Positions 28,822 through 38,752 are shown, counted from the first letter of the stretch. The stretch: 64,000 nt of DNA from Leptospiraceae bacterium (GCA_040217195.1 JAVJNR010000004.1:288001-352000), one strand, 5' to 3'. The notes: a model not told the origin generated them from the sequence alone. Numbers and translations: made by a program.

Positions 28822-31698
28822 ATGTATAGATTTTTGGCTCTGGCTTTAATATTCACCATCGGATGTAGCGGGGAGGACTCCAGTTCTCCTATTTTAATCT
28901 TTCAGCCTGTTACGGAGGAGCCTGCGGATTCCCGTACGCCCATCAGTTCTAATCCAGGACCCATAGAACTTCCCGACCCCCCTCCTTCCTTTGGAAATGC
29001 AGGACCGGAAGCATTCTTGAGGATTTCTCCCAGGGGTCAGGATCATCACGGGGAGTTTGAAATCATTTTTTCTCATCCAATGGATCTGGCCTCCGTGCAA
29101 TCTGGCTTTAGCCTGATCTCTGATGGAGGAGTCAGCCCGGCAGGGCCTGCCCCGGGAGGTACACTGACATTCCTGAACTACAGACAGGCCATTTTCACTC
29201 CCTATGCTCCGCTGCAGGAGAATGAAGGCTATCAGGTAAGCTTGCCTGCTTCGGTTCAAACCTCCGGCGGCGATTCCCTGATTTCAGACAGTCAGCAGCT
29301 TTCTTTCCATACACGTCCCTGGTTTGAGATGCAACATACAGTAAACGGAATGCCCCATGGACAAAGAGGCATTGCAATTGATAATAGCGGAAGCCCGGCC
29401 GTCATTCTTTCCTCAACCTGGACCAACGGTGGATTTATCTCGCGAATCAGTCTGCATCGGCTTTCTGGAGGGGAAATCGAAATCTGTACCGACTGTAGTG
29501 CAGAAAGCTACACCCTGAATCTGGCCGGCTCATCCATTCCTCCAGAAGTTGGCATAAGTCAGTACTATTATCAAATTGAAGCAGAAGATGGAACGGTAAG
29601 GCACTATCCCTTCGCATTTTCCTATGGAGATATGGCTGCCTCCCCCGGCGCCATGCAAAGTGGAACAGCCGCTGCATTTCTGGATGGCCAGTATCTACTG
29701 CCTACTTTGAGCCGCACCCTTGAAAGATTCGCAGCCCAGCACTTTCTACTTAACGGGAATACATTCAATAACTTCGCAAATGAATCCATGACATCCACAA
29801 AGCGATCTGGCTGTATCGATTATGGAGGTTTCTCCTTTGTTCGCTCCTATGGAAATGGCCCCGGGGCCAACGGAGATGGCTACTGTGGATACTTCGTAGA
29901 TGATGGAGCCGAGCTTTGCGCGGATGTGGGGCTTGTCGAGATCTGCTCGGATAGTGATGTAACTCTGGACGTATATGTTACGGCAGTGAATATTCCGGCA
30001 ACCAGCGATGGAAACGAAAACATCCAGGCAGATATCTCCGTACCTGCTGGCACCGAAAATGCTCGAGTAAGTCTCAGTGCGCGAAAGGCCTATCTGGATC
30101 TGCGAATTGTGGCCAACCTCGAGGATGGACTGGTTTGCGTAGGCGCTTGCATCGTTTCGGAAAATACCAAGATCGAATTTAGTGCGAAAGCAGAACTGAA
30201 CCGGGACCATCCGAATAGCCCCAGAACATCGGTCTCTCTGGCAAACATTGAATCCTTGAGCGATGGAAGCCTCACACTGACAATCAATGAGCCCTATGGT
30301 TCTCCCAACTTCGTCTGGAGCGATTGGACCGACCACCTTACTGTGTATGATTTATCCTTCGTAGACAGTACAAGCTGGGTAGCCGACCTACTGTCCAGCG
30401 TCGTAGAGTCAATAGGCAACGACATTGTTCCCCTGGTAAAACCTGATATAGTTCGAGATGTTCTGAAAGATTTTAAACAGCGAATCGCAATCAACGTCTT
30501 GAATGCATTCTTGAGTTCTCTTGCCAGCCAGGGTGTTACCCTCGGCCTGCCTTCCTACTTGCCTGCTCCGCTGAATCAACTGGATCTGGCTGTTCGCATT
30601 CAATTGGAACAGAACTCGGATTTGATCAAGTCGCTTAGCTGGAAAGATGGAGGATTCCTTTCGAGCCTGCAGGCGGGGATGTTTGTCACAAATAATTGCG
30701 GAACCTGTGAAACTCCATCGGATGTTATCTCTCCGGCTCTGCAGGGGCCACAAAGCTTCATTTCCAATCCTTACACTCTGGATCCGAGCTATTTAATGAA
30801 TAAGAGCAGCACTCAGCCCGGGACTCTGCTAGCTTTACACGAAGATTCATTGAATCAATTGCTTTATGAGCTCTGGAGTAAAGGAGGATTGAACCTGACT
30901 CTGGATGAGCCATTCATTACTCAGGTAAACTCCTATGCCGGCGAAATTCCATCTTTGACTTTAACTTCCAGTCTGCTTCGTGCTGGAACACTCCTCAATG
31001 TTCTGGCTCCTGGACGAGACACTCTTATCAGACTGGACGGCGGAGCTTCGGTTACCATAAATGATGACGATGCGGTGGAGCTGCGATTACGTCCCAGACA
31101 GGTACCATACATTCGAATGCTACCCAGCTTCACTCCAGGCGGAACCCGTGAGCTTCAACTGCAGGTATCGGATCTAGAGATTCAAATATGGGGAACCCAG
31201 GGACCGTCAGTAGAGTATCTGATGGCCACAATCATGGCCCATGCAACGGTAAATGGCACAGTGGATCTGGTTGGGTTCAGCAATCCAACATCCAATCCGT
31301 CGCTAAACAATCTTCAGGCACTGAATGTAGCACTAAGCACGGATGAGCTCTACTATACCATTCAGGTAATGGATGGGGCGTCACAGAATCCCATGGGATT
31401 GAGCCCGGATCAGGTCCAGCAGGTGGCATTGCCTCTGGTAAGATCGTTGATCGTACCTTTACTCAATAACGTGCTCAAAGAGGTACCTCTTCCGGCCACC
31501 GCCGGCCTGTCCACTTTTACCAGTGGTGGCTCCAACTGTGGACTCAACCTGAGCACCGATCGCATTCTAGTGGATAGTCTTCCCGTAAACGATACATCCG
31601 TTCCCATGATTCTGCTAAGGCTTCGCACTCCCACAAGTCTGTATCAACCTGGAATTACGAATCCGGATGTTCTGGAAAACCTGATCGGCTGCAATTAA
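28822..31698 (+). CDS. Large lipoprotein: N-terminal bacterial Ig-like (Big_5-type) domain, C-terminal region resembling BPI/LBP (TULIP) lipid-binding domains
   Basis: Lipobox FTIG-C; Big_5 pattern FEIIFSHPMD..SV...AIFTP..PL....YQV...V...G..L...SF.T; segment GTLLALHEDSLNQLLYELWSKGGLNLTL resembles the BPI C-terminal-domain pattern (judged by eye). Start among tandem ATGs at 28801-28822. Confidence 0.75.
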   Translation: MYRFLALALIFTIGCSGEDSSSPILIFQPVTEEPADSRTPISSNPGPIELPDPPPSFGNAGPEAFLRISPRGQDHHGEFEIIFSHPMDLASVQSGFSLISDGGVSPAGPAPGGTLTFLNYRQAIFTPYAPLQENEGYQVSLPASVQTSGGDSLISDSQQLSFHTRPWFEMQHTVNGMPHGQRGIAIDNSGSPAVILSSTWTNGGFISRISLHRLSGGEIEICTDCSAESYTLNLAGSSIPPEVGISQYYYQIEAEDGTVRHYPFAFSYGDMAASPGAMQSGTAAAFLDGQYLLPTLSRTLERFAAQHFLLNGNTFNNFANESMTSTKRSGCIDYGGFSFVRSYGNGPGANGDGYCGYFVDDGAELCADVGLVEICSDSDVTLDVYVTAVNIPATSDGNENIQADISVPAGTENARVSLSARKAYLDLRIVANLEDGLVCVGACIVSENTKIEFSAKAELNRDHPNSPRTSVSLANIESLSDGSLTLTINEPYGSPNFVWSDWTDHLTVYDLSFVDSTSWVADLLSSVVESIGNDIVPLVKPDIVRDVLKDFKQRIAINVLNAFLSSLASQGVTLGLPSYLPAPLNQLDLAVRIQLEQNSDLIKSLSWKDGGFLSSLQAGMFVTNNCGTCETPSDVISPALQGPQSFISNPYTLDPSYLMNKSSTQPGTLLALHEDSLNQLLYELWSKGGLNLTLDEPFITQVNSYAGEIPSLTLTSSLLRAGTLLNVLAPGRDTLIRLDGGASVTINDDDAVELRLRPRQVPYIRMLPSFTPGGTRELQLQVSDLEIQIWGTQGPSVEYLMATIMAHATVNGTVDLVGFSNPTSNPSLNNLQALNVALSTDELYYTIQVMDGASQNPMGLSPDQVQQVALPLVRSLIVPLLNNVLKEVPLPATAGLSTFTSGGSNCGLNLSTDRILVDSLPVNDTSVPMILLRLRTPTSLYQPGITNPDVLENLIGCN

Positions 31699-31709
31699 GA
31701 GGTTACGCT

Positions 31710-34700
31710 TTGAAGCCCATTCGAAACAAACTGATCCTGATACTGAGCCTGCTCTTTATTTCATGCAATGCAGCGGAAGAAGAGTATGATCATCTGTTCG
31801 CTCAATTGAGCGAAGATCGGTATCAGTTTTTTAATTTGCTAAATGACTATCCTGCATTAAAGTCCAGCGTTTCCAGCCTGGAGCCAGCTCTGTTCAATGA
31901 AACCATGTTTCTTAGCATGAACAGGAATCCAGCGGCCGGAGAAGGATTTTTAAGACTTCTTTCCGAGCTACTTTTAGACCTGGATCCTTCCATACAGGAT
32001 GTTCTGGGCAATGCGTCCACTTTAATGCAAAGAGCTCGCTCAGATTCCAATGCATTCGATCAAACAATGCAGTATGTGGATCGACTTCGGGGTTCGCAGC
32101 ATCCTCTTCTTTACGACGGGATGCCTTTCCAGAGAACAGGACTGCAAAGTATTTTTGATTCCTCCAGTCGCGAAAGTGTAAGGGACTTAACCAATCGAGC
32201 TGCGAATTTTCTGGAAAGACCATCGGTGGCCACGGATGTTACGGAAATCCAGGCATTTTTGATTAAGGTTCTGGATACCAACCCCGGTACCAGAAGTGCC
32301 ATCGAAGAGCTATTTAAATCTTCCCTGGGACTGACCAGCAGCGATGGGCCTGGATTATTCCATGTTCTGGGTGAGCTCACGCAAACGTTTCGAGCAACCG
32401 CCGGTTTCGATGGAAGCACCACTGCACCGGTCTCCATGGTATTCTTTTTGCAGCGACTGAATACATATTTCTATCCTGGAGGAGCTGTATACGATGCAGA
32501 CACTGCCTATCAGGCCTCCGAGTTTCCATCCAATCTTCCGGACCAGTTTGTAGACCTGTACTTTACGATTCGCCCCTTTTTGATAGCCAATGCTGCCCAT
32601 ACTGGATCCAGACCTTTAATTGAGACTCTGTCTGAGAATCTTTCGACTTTTCCGGAAGGAATGCACCAGAATGCAGACGAATCACTGAGCAGAATGATCG
32701 ACCTGGATGCCTACGGTGCGGATCGACTTAACAGCGTACATAGCACTGAAATATCGGCTCTGGAATCTCTGTTATTCTTACTGTCTCTGGGCAATCATTT
32801 TGGGTATCGCTGGGATGCAAATCCGTCCAGCCCGGCCACAATTACAGCGGCCACAGATGGAGTGCTAACAGTTGGGGATATTCTACACTCTCTTCGCTCA
32901 TTGATCAAAGGAGATCCTGTACTCTCACTTTCCGGATTCCTGCAGGATAGCCAGGCCAGCGGTCTGGTTCATCGCAACGGATCTGTAATGAGTTTTGGAA
33001 TCAATTCCCCGGCCCTGGCCTTGATGCAGGGAGAGTCCAGAGGATCTGCCAATTCTCTGGCCGACACAGGTTATACGGTCTATCATCGCACAGTTCCTTA
33101 TATGATGAACTGGATTGTTCGCGCCATCTACCAGGGTCAGGCTCCCTATTATAACCAGAATCGCACCAATGGCTCCGGAGATTTTCTCACAATGGATGGT
33201 ACTGTCTATCGCACAGCCGGTGGTACAGATATGACCTACGTTCCCTCCTGGCAAACCGACGTATTCAGAGTAAGGGTCAGACAGTATCATGGCGGCGGTG
33301 GACATACAGATCACTATGTTGGCCCTTCTGGTTACGAAGATCCCACCGGCAATGGAACTGCATTTCAAGTGTCGGAAAGCTCTATACCACCTGGCGAAAG
33401 AGCTGTAGATAGTGACCTGGAAGCTCTGCATAAGAACTATCAGTGGCTTCTTTATAAAAAGCGATTCGTAATTGTAATCCCACTACATGCGAAGCTGGGA
33501 GCCAGTGGAATCCAGCATGCAGTGTATGTAACTGTGGTTGCCAATGGGTTGATGGGTTTGATTTCTGCCAGGCCCTACTGCAATCTCGCAGACAATCAAT
33601 GTTATTCGAACGACAATGGCCGTTGGTCCATTGCCGGCACTCAGCTTCAGCCGGATTTTCAGACCACCAGTATTCGCAACAATACCAATATGACTCTGAC
33701 TCTTCAGATGTCCGATGAGCCCGGCGATCATGCTATATTCGTCGAAGCTTATGGATACGGTCTTACCGGCGAAGACACCTTTGGCTACGCAGATGCAACT
33801 CTGTATCAAATACTGTATAATACACTTCTATATCCTGTACCCCCTTCTCAGTTTCATGGAGCCATTCCGCCCGCCCTGTCCTCCAATGCAGCTGTTCTGG
33901 AGAGGCTTGGATTCCTGACCACCGGCGTTGTAGAACCGGATGAAGTGAACAGCCGCTGGGATGAGCGAAATGCAATGCTACCTCTGGTCACAGCCCTGGT
34001 GCGCACTCTGGATGAACAGACAGATCCGTCCAGCACTCAGGGCGCCTATGGTCTTCTGGCCAATGCGGCAGATGTTCTGGCCCGACCCTACATCTTTCGA
34101 GGTACAGATCCAGAGTCTGGAATATCAGGACTGGTTCAGTATCGCCTGGAGGGCTCAGGGCCTGCATTTAATATTCGCAGTCCGGCCCTTACAGCCACAG
34201 ATTACAGTCCGGACTCCAGTTATCGAAGTCTGATCTCAATTGCCATTGAAAGCGAAAGAAGATATAAGGATGGTCCCATTTCATTGCTGTCTACCAGCGA
34301 TTTTCTTGAAACAACTGCTGAATTTCTGAAGGGACTGGGCGGCTTAACTCATACAGCCAGCCGTACCCATTTCTTCGATTCGCTGGAGGACTTGCTGGCC
34401 CAGGAGAACCTGGATTCGAACAACCCGTCCACAACTCAGCTAGATATTTCTTACGAAATCCGAGACCTGGCAGACTTCATGGGGCAGTACGCAGCCACTT
34501 TGAGCACCGACGCCAGCCATGGGGACTGGGTACACATTCGCACATTAACAGAGTTGGCAGGCGAATGGCTGGCAGCCCAGAGCCCCAATTCATTGATGCC
34601 CGGCCTGCAAAGATTCGTTTTTATGCTGGGCCAGGAGCAGCCCTCTGACTCAGAAACAAGCGCTCTGTTTACGGTATTTCTTTCTTTCATCAGCGATGCA

Positions 34701-35108
34701 GGGTCACCGGCCGCAGAAGTATCGGAATTCTTCCAGGTGCAACTTCCTGAAATCCTGCATGAAACCTCGGACGATTTCTATTACCTGGCCGGAGCTCTGG
34801 CAGGACTGTCCATAGATGGTGGATTCTTCAAATACCTTAATGCAGATATGCGAAACGGATTCACCTCCAGGGATATCTATCTGGATCTGGAACGATTCCT
34901 CTCTTCGAGCATGGTGCAGGATAAATCCCACGGAAAGCATTCATTGATTTTCGCAGCAGGCAAGCTACTGGATTATCTCTGGCAGGTAAGAGAGCAAGGT
35001 TACCGTATTCCAGGTCCCGGTCAGTACTGGTTTGATGATCATCGAAGCCGGGACCAGAACAGTCGGACACCCTATGAATGGCTGAACAGTATTTTGAGTA
35101 TAAAATGA
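31710..35108 (+). CDS. 1132-aa lipoprotein of unknown function
   Basis: GAGG SD + TTG start; MKPIRNKLILILSLLFIS-C lipoprotein signal; Leu-rich amphipathic helical N- and C-terminal regions. Confidence 0.85.
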   Translation: MKPIRNKLILILSLLFISCNAAEEEYDHLFAQLSEDRYQFFNLLNDYPALKSSVSSLEPALFNETMFLSMNRNPAAGEGFLRLLSELLLDLDPSIQDVLGNASTLMQRARSDSNAFDQTMQYVDRLRGSQHPLLYDGMPFQRTGLQSIFDSSSRESVRDLTNRAANFLERPSVATDVTEIQAFLIKVLDTNPGTRSAIEELFKSSLGLTSSDGPGLFHVLGELTQTFRATAGFDGSTTAPVSMVFFLQRLNTYFYPGGAVYDADTAYQASEFPSNLPDQFVDLYFTIRPFLIANAAHTGSRPLIETLSENLSTFPEGMHQNADESLSRMIDLDAYGADRLNSVHSTEISALESLLFLLSLGNHFGYRWDANPSSPATITAATDGVLTVGDILHSLRSLIKGDPVLSLSGFLQDSQASGLVHRNGSVMSFGINSPALALMQGESRGSANSLADTGYTVYHRTVPYMMNWIVRAIYQGQAPYYNQNRTNGSGDFLTMDGTVYRTAGGTDMTYVPSWQTDVFRVRVRQYHGGGGHTDHYVGPSGYEDPTGNGTAFQVSESSIPPGERAVDSDLEALHKNYQWLLYKKRFVIVIPLHAKLGASGIQHAVYVTVVANGLMGLISARPYCNLADNQCYSNDNGRWSIAGTQLQPDFQTTSIRNNTNMTLTLQMSDEPGDHAIFVEAYGYGLTGEDTFGYADATLYQILYNTLLYPVPPSQFHGAIPPALSSNAAVLERLGFLTTGVVEPDEVNSRWDERNAMLPLVTALVRTLDEQTDPSSTQGAYGLLANAADVLARPYIFRGTDPESGISGLVQYRLEGSGPAFNIRSPALTATDYSPDSSYRSLISIAIESERRYKDGPISLLSTSDFLETTAEFLKGLGGLTHTASRTHFFDSLEDLLAQENLDSNNPSTTQLDISYEIRDLADFMGQYAATLSTDASHGDWVHIRTLTELAGEWLAAQSPNSLMPGLQRFVFMLGQEQPSDSETSALFTVFLSFISDAGSPAAEVSEFFQVQLPEILHETSDDFYYLAGALAGLSIDGGFFKYLNADMRNGFTSRDIYLDLERFLSSSMVQDKSHGKHSLIFAAGKLLDYLWQVREQGYRIPGPGQYWFDDHRSRDQNSRTPYEWLNSILSIK

Positions 35109-36595
35109 AACAAAAAAGTCAAAAGAAAAGACTCAGCCATACCATCAAAAAGGCAATGAACTCTGGTCCGAGGGGCCCTGAAAAAGACTTTTTGTTCATT
35201 GCAGCAAATCTTCTGTTGGTTCGCATTTCTAATCGACTCCATTTAGAGGTTTCTGCAAAGCCTGGTATCGCTTCCACCGCTTATACGGCTGCACTGACAG
35301 TCTTATTTCTAGGCGCATCTGTCTTCTTCGTGAATCCAACGCGGGCCAATAGCTACCCGGATGTTTATGGCGCCAATCCATACACCACAGGCAGGGCCGG
35401 TGCGGTCACAGCTGTGATCAACGATGTATCCGCGGTCTTTTACAATCCGGCCGGCCTGGCACTGCCCTCACGAGGAGAATCTATCAAGAAGCAAAAGGAT
35501 GCCAGAATGCATGAGCTTCAGCTCTATTATACCGGCTCTTCCCATTCTTTGAATTATTCCCCTTATTCACCGGATCTGATATTTAGCGATGAAGATGCCA
35601 CAAATGTAAACGATAGCTATGCAGGCCTGGGCCTTTCCCTTCGCCTGGATAGAATCTACGACGTGGATCGCAAGGTAGCTTTTGGACTATATGCGAATCT
35701 GCCGGGTAACGGTAAGCTTCTTTCCATAAATGACCTGAATCCAACGGTGCACAGATTTCTTCAGCACGGAAAGAGCCTTACCAGACCCTACATCGCAGCT
35801 GCACTGTCGGTGGAGGTCTGGAAGGAGCACATCTACGCAGGCATCGGATTTACCGCTCTGGCCCGGGGTCAGGGAGCTATTTTAATGAAGGAAGTGGAGA
35901 TCTCTCCCAATACGGTAACTCCAGACCAGCAGGTCATTGTGGATGTGGAGCCTGCCACCAATGCTCAGTATGGGCTTATTGGAGTTTACCAGGATTTTTA
36001 CCTCGGTGTGTTTTATCGCAGAGAACTGGCCGTAGAACTGGATCCCATAAATGCTCGTGCCAGAACCCTGCTACTTGGGCTGGAGCTGGATCTGGACCTG
36101 GCCGTTCTGGATCATTATCAACCGCGAACTTTAAGCTATGGGGCTGGCTACAGACTGTTTGATATTTTCTTATTCAGCGTGGATGTGCGAAGGGAACTAT
36201 GGAGCGGCTTTCAATCCTCCAGAGCCAAACAAACCTACTCCGAGATTATCTACCTTTCCGATACAACATCGGTGGGAGCCTCGCTGGAATTTCAAGTCAC
36301 CGATTGGTTTCAGGCCAGAATGGGTTATCGCAGGGCACCCACTCCGATTCCCAATCAGCCCGGGAGCACGAACTGGATGGGTAGCGATAGACAGATCTAT
36401 TCAGCAGGTGCAACCTATATGATCTGGCCGTCTGGCGGAGATCTGAAGTATCCCATTGGTATCGATTTCTCGATTCAAAGCCAGAAGCTGGAACAAAGAA
36501 TGCAATTAAAATACAATCCCACTCCAGAGAATCCATTCTACGAATACGGTGGAGTGATCAATCATTTAGGTATTGGAGTTGTGATTCACTTCTAG
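35105..36595 (+). CDS. FadL/OmpP1/TodX-family outer-membrane transporter
   Basis: Hatch motif GRAGAVTAV.NDVSAVFYNPAGLA, alternating beta-strand pattern, C-terminal Phe; ATGA overlap with the upstream stop at 35105-35108. Confidence 0.85.
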   Translation: MKQKSQKKRLSHTIKKAMNSGPRGPEKDFLFIAANLLLVRISNRLHLEVSAKPGIASTAYTAALTVLFLGASVFFVNPTRANSYPDVYGANPYTTGRAGAVTAVINDVSAVFYNPAGLALPSRGESIKKQKDARMHELQLYYTGSSHSLNYSPYSPDLIFSDEDATNVNDSYAGLGLSLRLDRIYDVDRKVAFGLYANLPGNGKLLSINDLNPTVHRFLQHGKSLTRPYIAAALSVEVWKEHIYAGIGFTALARGQGAILMKEVEISPNTVTPDQQVIVDVEPATNAQYGLIGVYQDFYLGVFYRRELAVELDPINARARTLLLGLELDLDLAVLDHYQPRTLSYGAGYRLFDIFLFSVDVRRELWSGFQSSRAKQTYSEIIYLSDTTSVGASLEFQVTDWFQARMGYRRAPTPIPNQPGSTNWMGSDRQIYSAGATYMIWPSGGDLKYPIGIDFSIQSQKLEQRMQLKYNPTPENPFYEYGGVINHLGIGVVIHF

Positions 36596-36622
36596 AAAGG
36601 GAGAGTAGCCCGGAAAATAGAA

Positions 36623-37432
36623 ATGGGCCTGGCAGGAGAGTGTATGATGAATCAGTTTTCTGAAATAGATAAAGAGCCGGAGGGCAGGAACTTAAAAGTT
36701 AGATTCTGGAACTCATCGGTACTTCGCATAATATCCATTGGCTTTGTCCTGGGAACATTAATTGGAGCGAACTGTACTGCTCAAATTGAAGATCCGTTTG
36801 CTGTGCGAATCTTTCAAATGTCCGGACGCGAAGAGGTTCCGGTACTCGTTGCCCGCGATAGCGATGAATGCGAAGAGGTCCTGGAGCATCGTGTGTACTA
36901 CTGGCCCTATGTTCTTCCGATTACAGACTGGAAAAGCGTTCAGGAGTCTCTGGAACCTGGAGGTCGCTATCGCTACCGTACCGTTCTTCGTACATGGGAT
37001 GTACTACTATTAATTCCTATGGGCATTATGGGCTTTTCTTCCCAGACCCATGTACTGGAAAAATGTGAACATACTGAGCTTCCGGTGCTTTACGGCACTC
37101 AAAGGAAAACTCTGGCTGAATACTCTGTCTATTTCGACCTGAATTCCTCCCTGGTCCCGGATTCCGAAAGACGGAAGATTCTAAAGGTGGCAGAACTCTG
37201 GAAGCGAAACCCTGACTTCGTTTTTCTGCTTCTGGGTCAAACTGACCAGGCTGGCCGGGAAGGACTGAATCGATCCCTTTCCCTGCAAAGGGCTGAATCC
37301 GTGCGAGATGCATTGGTGTCTCTTGGCGTACCCCGAGAAAACCTGAGGGTTGCCTCTGCCGGGTCCGAATTATCTACCAGCGAAAGATCCGAATCTGATC
37401 GAAGAGTGGAGATGGTGCTCATTGTTCGATAA
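36623..37432 (+). CDS. OmpA-like peptidoglycan-binding domain protein, probable lipoprotein
   Basis: VYFDLNSS, GQTD..G..N..LS..RA.SV..L..G, DRRVE; signal-like segment ending LIGAN-C. Confidence 0.85.
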   Translation: MGLAGECMMNQFSEIDKEPEGRNLKVRFWNSSVLRIISIGFVLGTLIGANCTAQIEDPFAVRIFQMSGREEVPVLVARDSDECEEVLEHRVYYWPYVLPITDWKSVQESLEPGGRYRYRTVLRTWDVLLLIPMGIMGFSSQTHVLEKCEHTELPVLYGTQRKTLAEYSVYFDLNSSLVPDSERRKILKVAELWKRNPDFVFLLLGQTDQAGREGLNRSLSLQRAESVRDALVSLGVPRENLRVASAGSELSTSERSESDRRVEMVLIVR

Positions 37433-37434
37433 CC

Positions 37435-38460
37435 GTGGCTGTAATGAAGACTAGATTGCTGACATTTATCCTGCTACTTCCCTGCATGAATTGCCTGTTT
37501 GCTGGTCTGAGCGGCGGTGACAGCGATTCCGAAGGGGAAATGCTTATGGCTATTGGTTATTTGCAGCTATCGTCTCCCCCTCCTCCGGGGCCTCTTACTG
37601 CGGGAAATGAGGGTACTCTACAGATTAGCTCATTGGATGGGCCTTTGCAAATTCAATGGGACCCCGCTACAGGCGGTCAGTCCAGTGTCCATGAATATAG
37701 AGTCTATGTAGACAATTCCGGACCCATGGATGATCCGGCCACAATACAATCCTCCTCGCAAGCTGATTCGCAATGGTTTTCTTTTTCCGGCAGCTACACG
37801 GCCGCAGAGCTTGAACCCAACCGCACATACTATCTAAATGTTCTGGTTCGGGATGGCTCTGAAGTCGCAGCCTATGAAAGCGTCACGTTCACCACAGGTA
37901 ATCCTTATGCCACGGGCACCGGCCTTGTACTCTACGATGATGGATCTCAGATCCTGGCCTACTCCGCCTGTTCGGCCGGACAGACATTCGATGAAGCCAC
38001 TCAGAGCTGCACAGGTACTGCAAGCAGCCTTCAATTCTGCGACGTCAGTACCAATGATTGTAACGGAGGAAGTAGTTCGGGTACGCTTGTAGATTCTGGA
38101 TCCTGGACCTCTGGAGCCAGCAGTTCCGCCTGGCAGGCCTGCGAAGATCTAAATACGGCAACCCATCAGGGAATAAGCACCTGGAGGATTCCAACGATTC
38201 AGCAGTTACGGGACATTCGCTATTGTTCCTCTAACCCGGCCTATTCTGGCCCGGACGGATGTCCGGCCGGATCAGGACATCCCACCATACGATTGGATTT
38301 ATTTCCAGACACTCCGGAAAGTCAGTACTGGTCTTCGCAGGGAGTGTCCGGTAATTCATTTTCTGCCTGGACTTTAAACTTAACGGATGGCAGTGCCCAG
38401 GCCCAGGATAAGACAGGGCTGCACCGAGTAAGATGTATTTCAGACTTTCCAGGATACTGA
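37435..38460 (+). CDS. Lipoprotein with Fn3-like domain and C-terminal DUF1566/Lcl domain
   Basis: IQWDPA..EYRVY..LEPNRTYY (Fn3-like); CSAGQ, WRIPTIQQL, FP, YWSS, AW, VRC (DUF1566). Confidence 0.85.
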   Translation: MAVMKTRLLTFILLLPCMNCLFAGLSGGDSDSEGEMLMAIGYLQLSSPPPPGPLTAGNEGTLQISSLDGPLQIQWDPATGGQSSVHEYRVYVDNSGPMDDPATIQSSSQADSQWFSFSGSYTAAELEPNRTYYLNVLVRDGSEVAAYESVTFTTGNPYATGTGLVLYDDGSQILAYSACSAGQTFDEATQSCTGTASSLQFCDVSTNDCNGGSSSGTLVDSGSWTSGASSSAWQACEDLNTATHQGISTWRIPTIQQLRDIRYCSSNPAYSGPDGCPAGSGHPTIRLDLFPDTPESQYWSSQGVSGNSFSAWTLNLTDGSAQAQDKTGLHRVRCISDFPGY

Positions 38461-38529
38461 GATTTTGCCCCGATTTCCCTGATTGCCTTCCGGGCCCGAA
38501 TTTCGGATTCAAAAAAAAACTATACGATT

Positions 38530-38709
38530 GCCGAGCCTGAATAGATCGCCGAGCCTGAATAGATCGCCGAGCCTGAATAGATCGCCGAGCCTGAACAGAT
38601 CGCCGAGCCTGAACAGATCGCCGAGCCTGAATAGATCGCCGAGCCTGAACAGATCGCCGCGTATGAACAGATCGCCGCGTATGAATAGATCGCCGCGTCT
38701 GAATAGATC
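38530..38709. repeat. Tandem repeat, 10 x 18 bp (consensus GCCGAGCCTGAAYAGATC)
   Basis: Units counted directly; the last three diverge to GCCGCGT(A/C)TGAAYAGATC; lies between convergent genes. Confidence 0.95.
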
Positions 38710-38752
38710 GCAGAGTCACTGGAAAATCGAAGAATCACCCACAAAGCAATTG

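Noticed and set aside
38530..38709. CRISPR array
   Set aside because: The units are head-to-tail with no unique spacers, are only 18 bp, and there are no cas genes in the window
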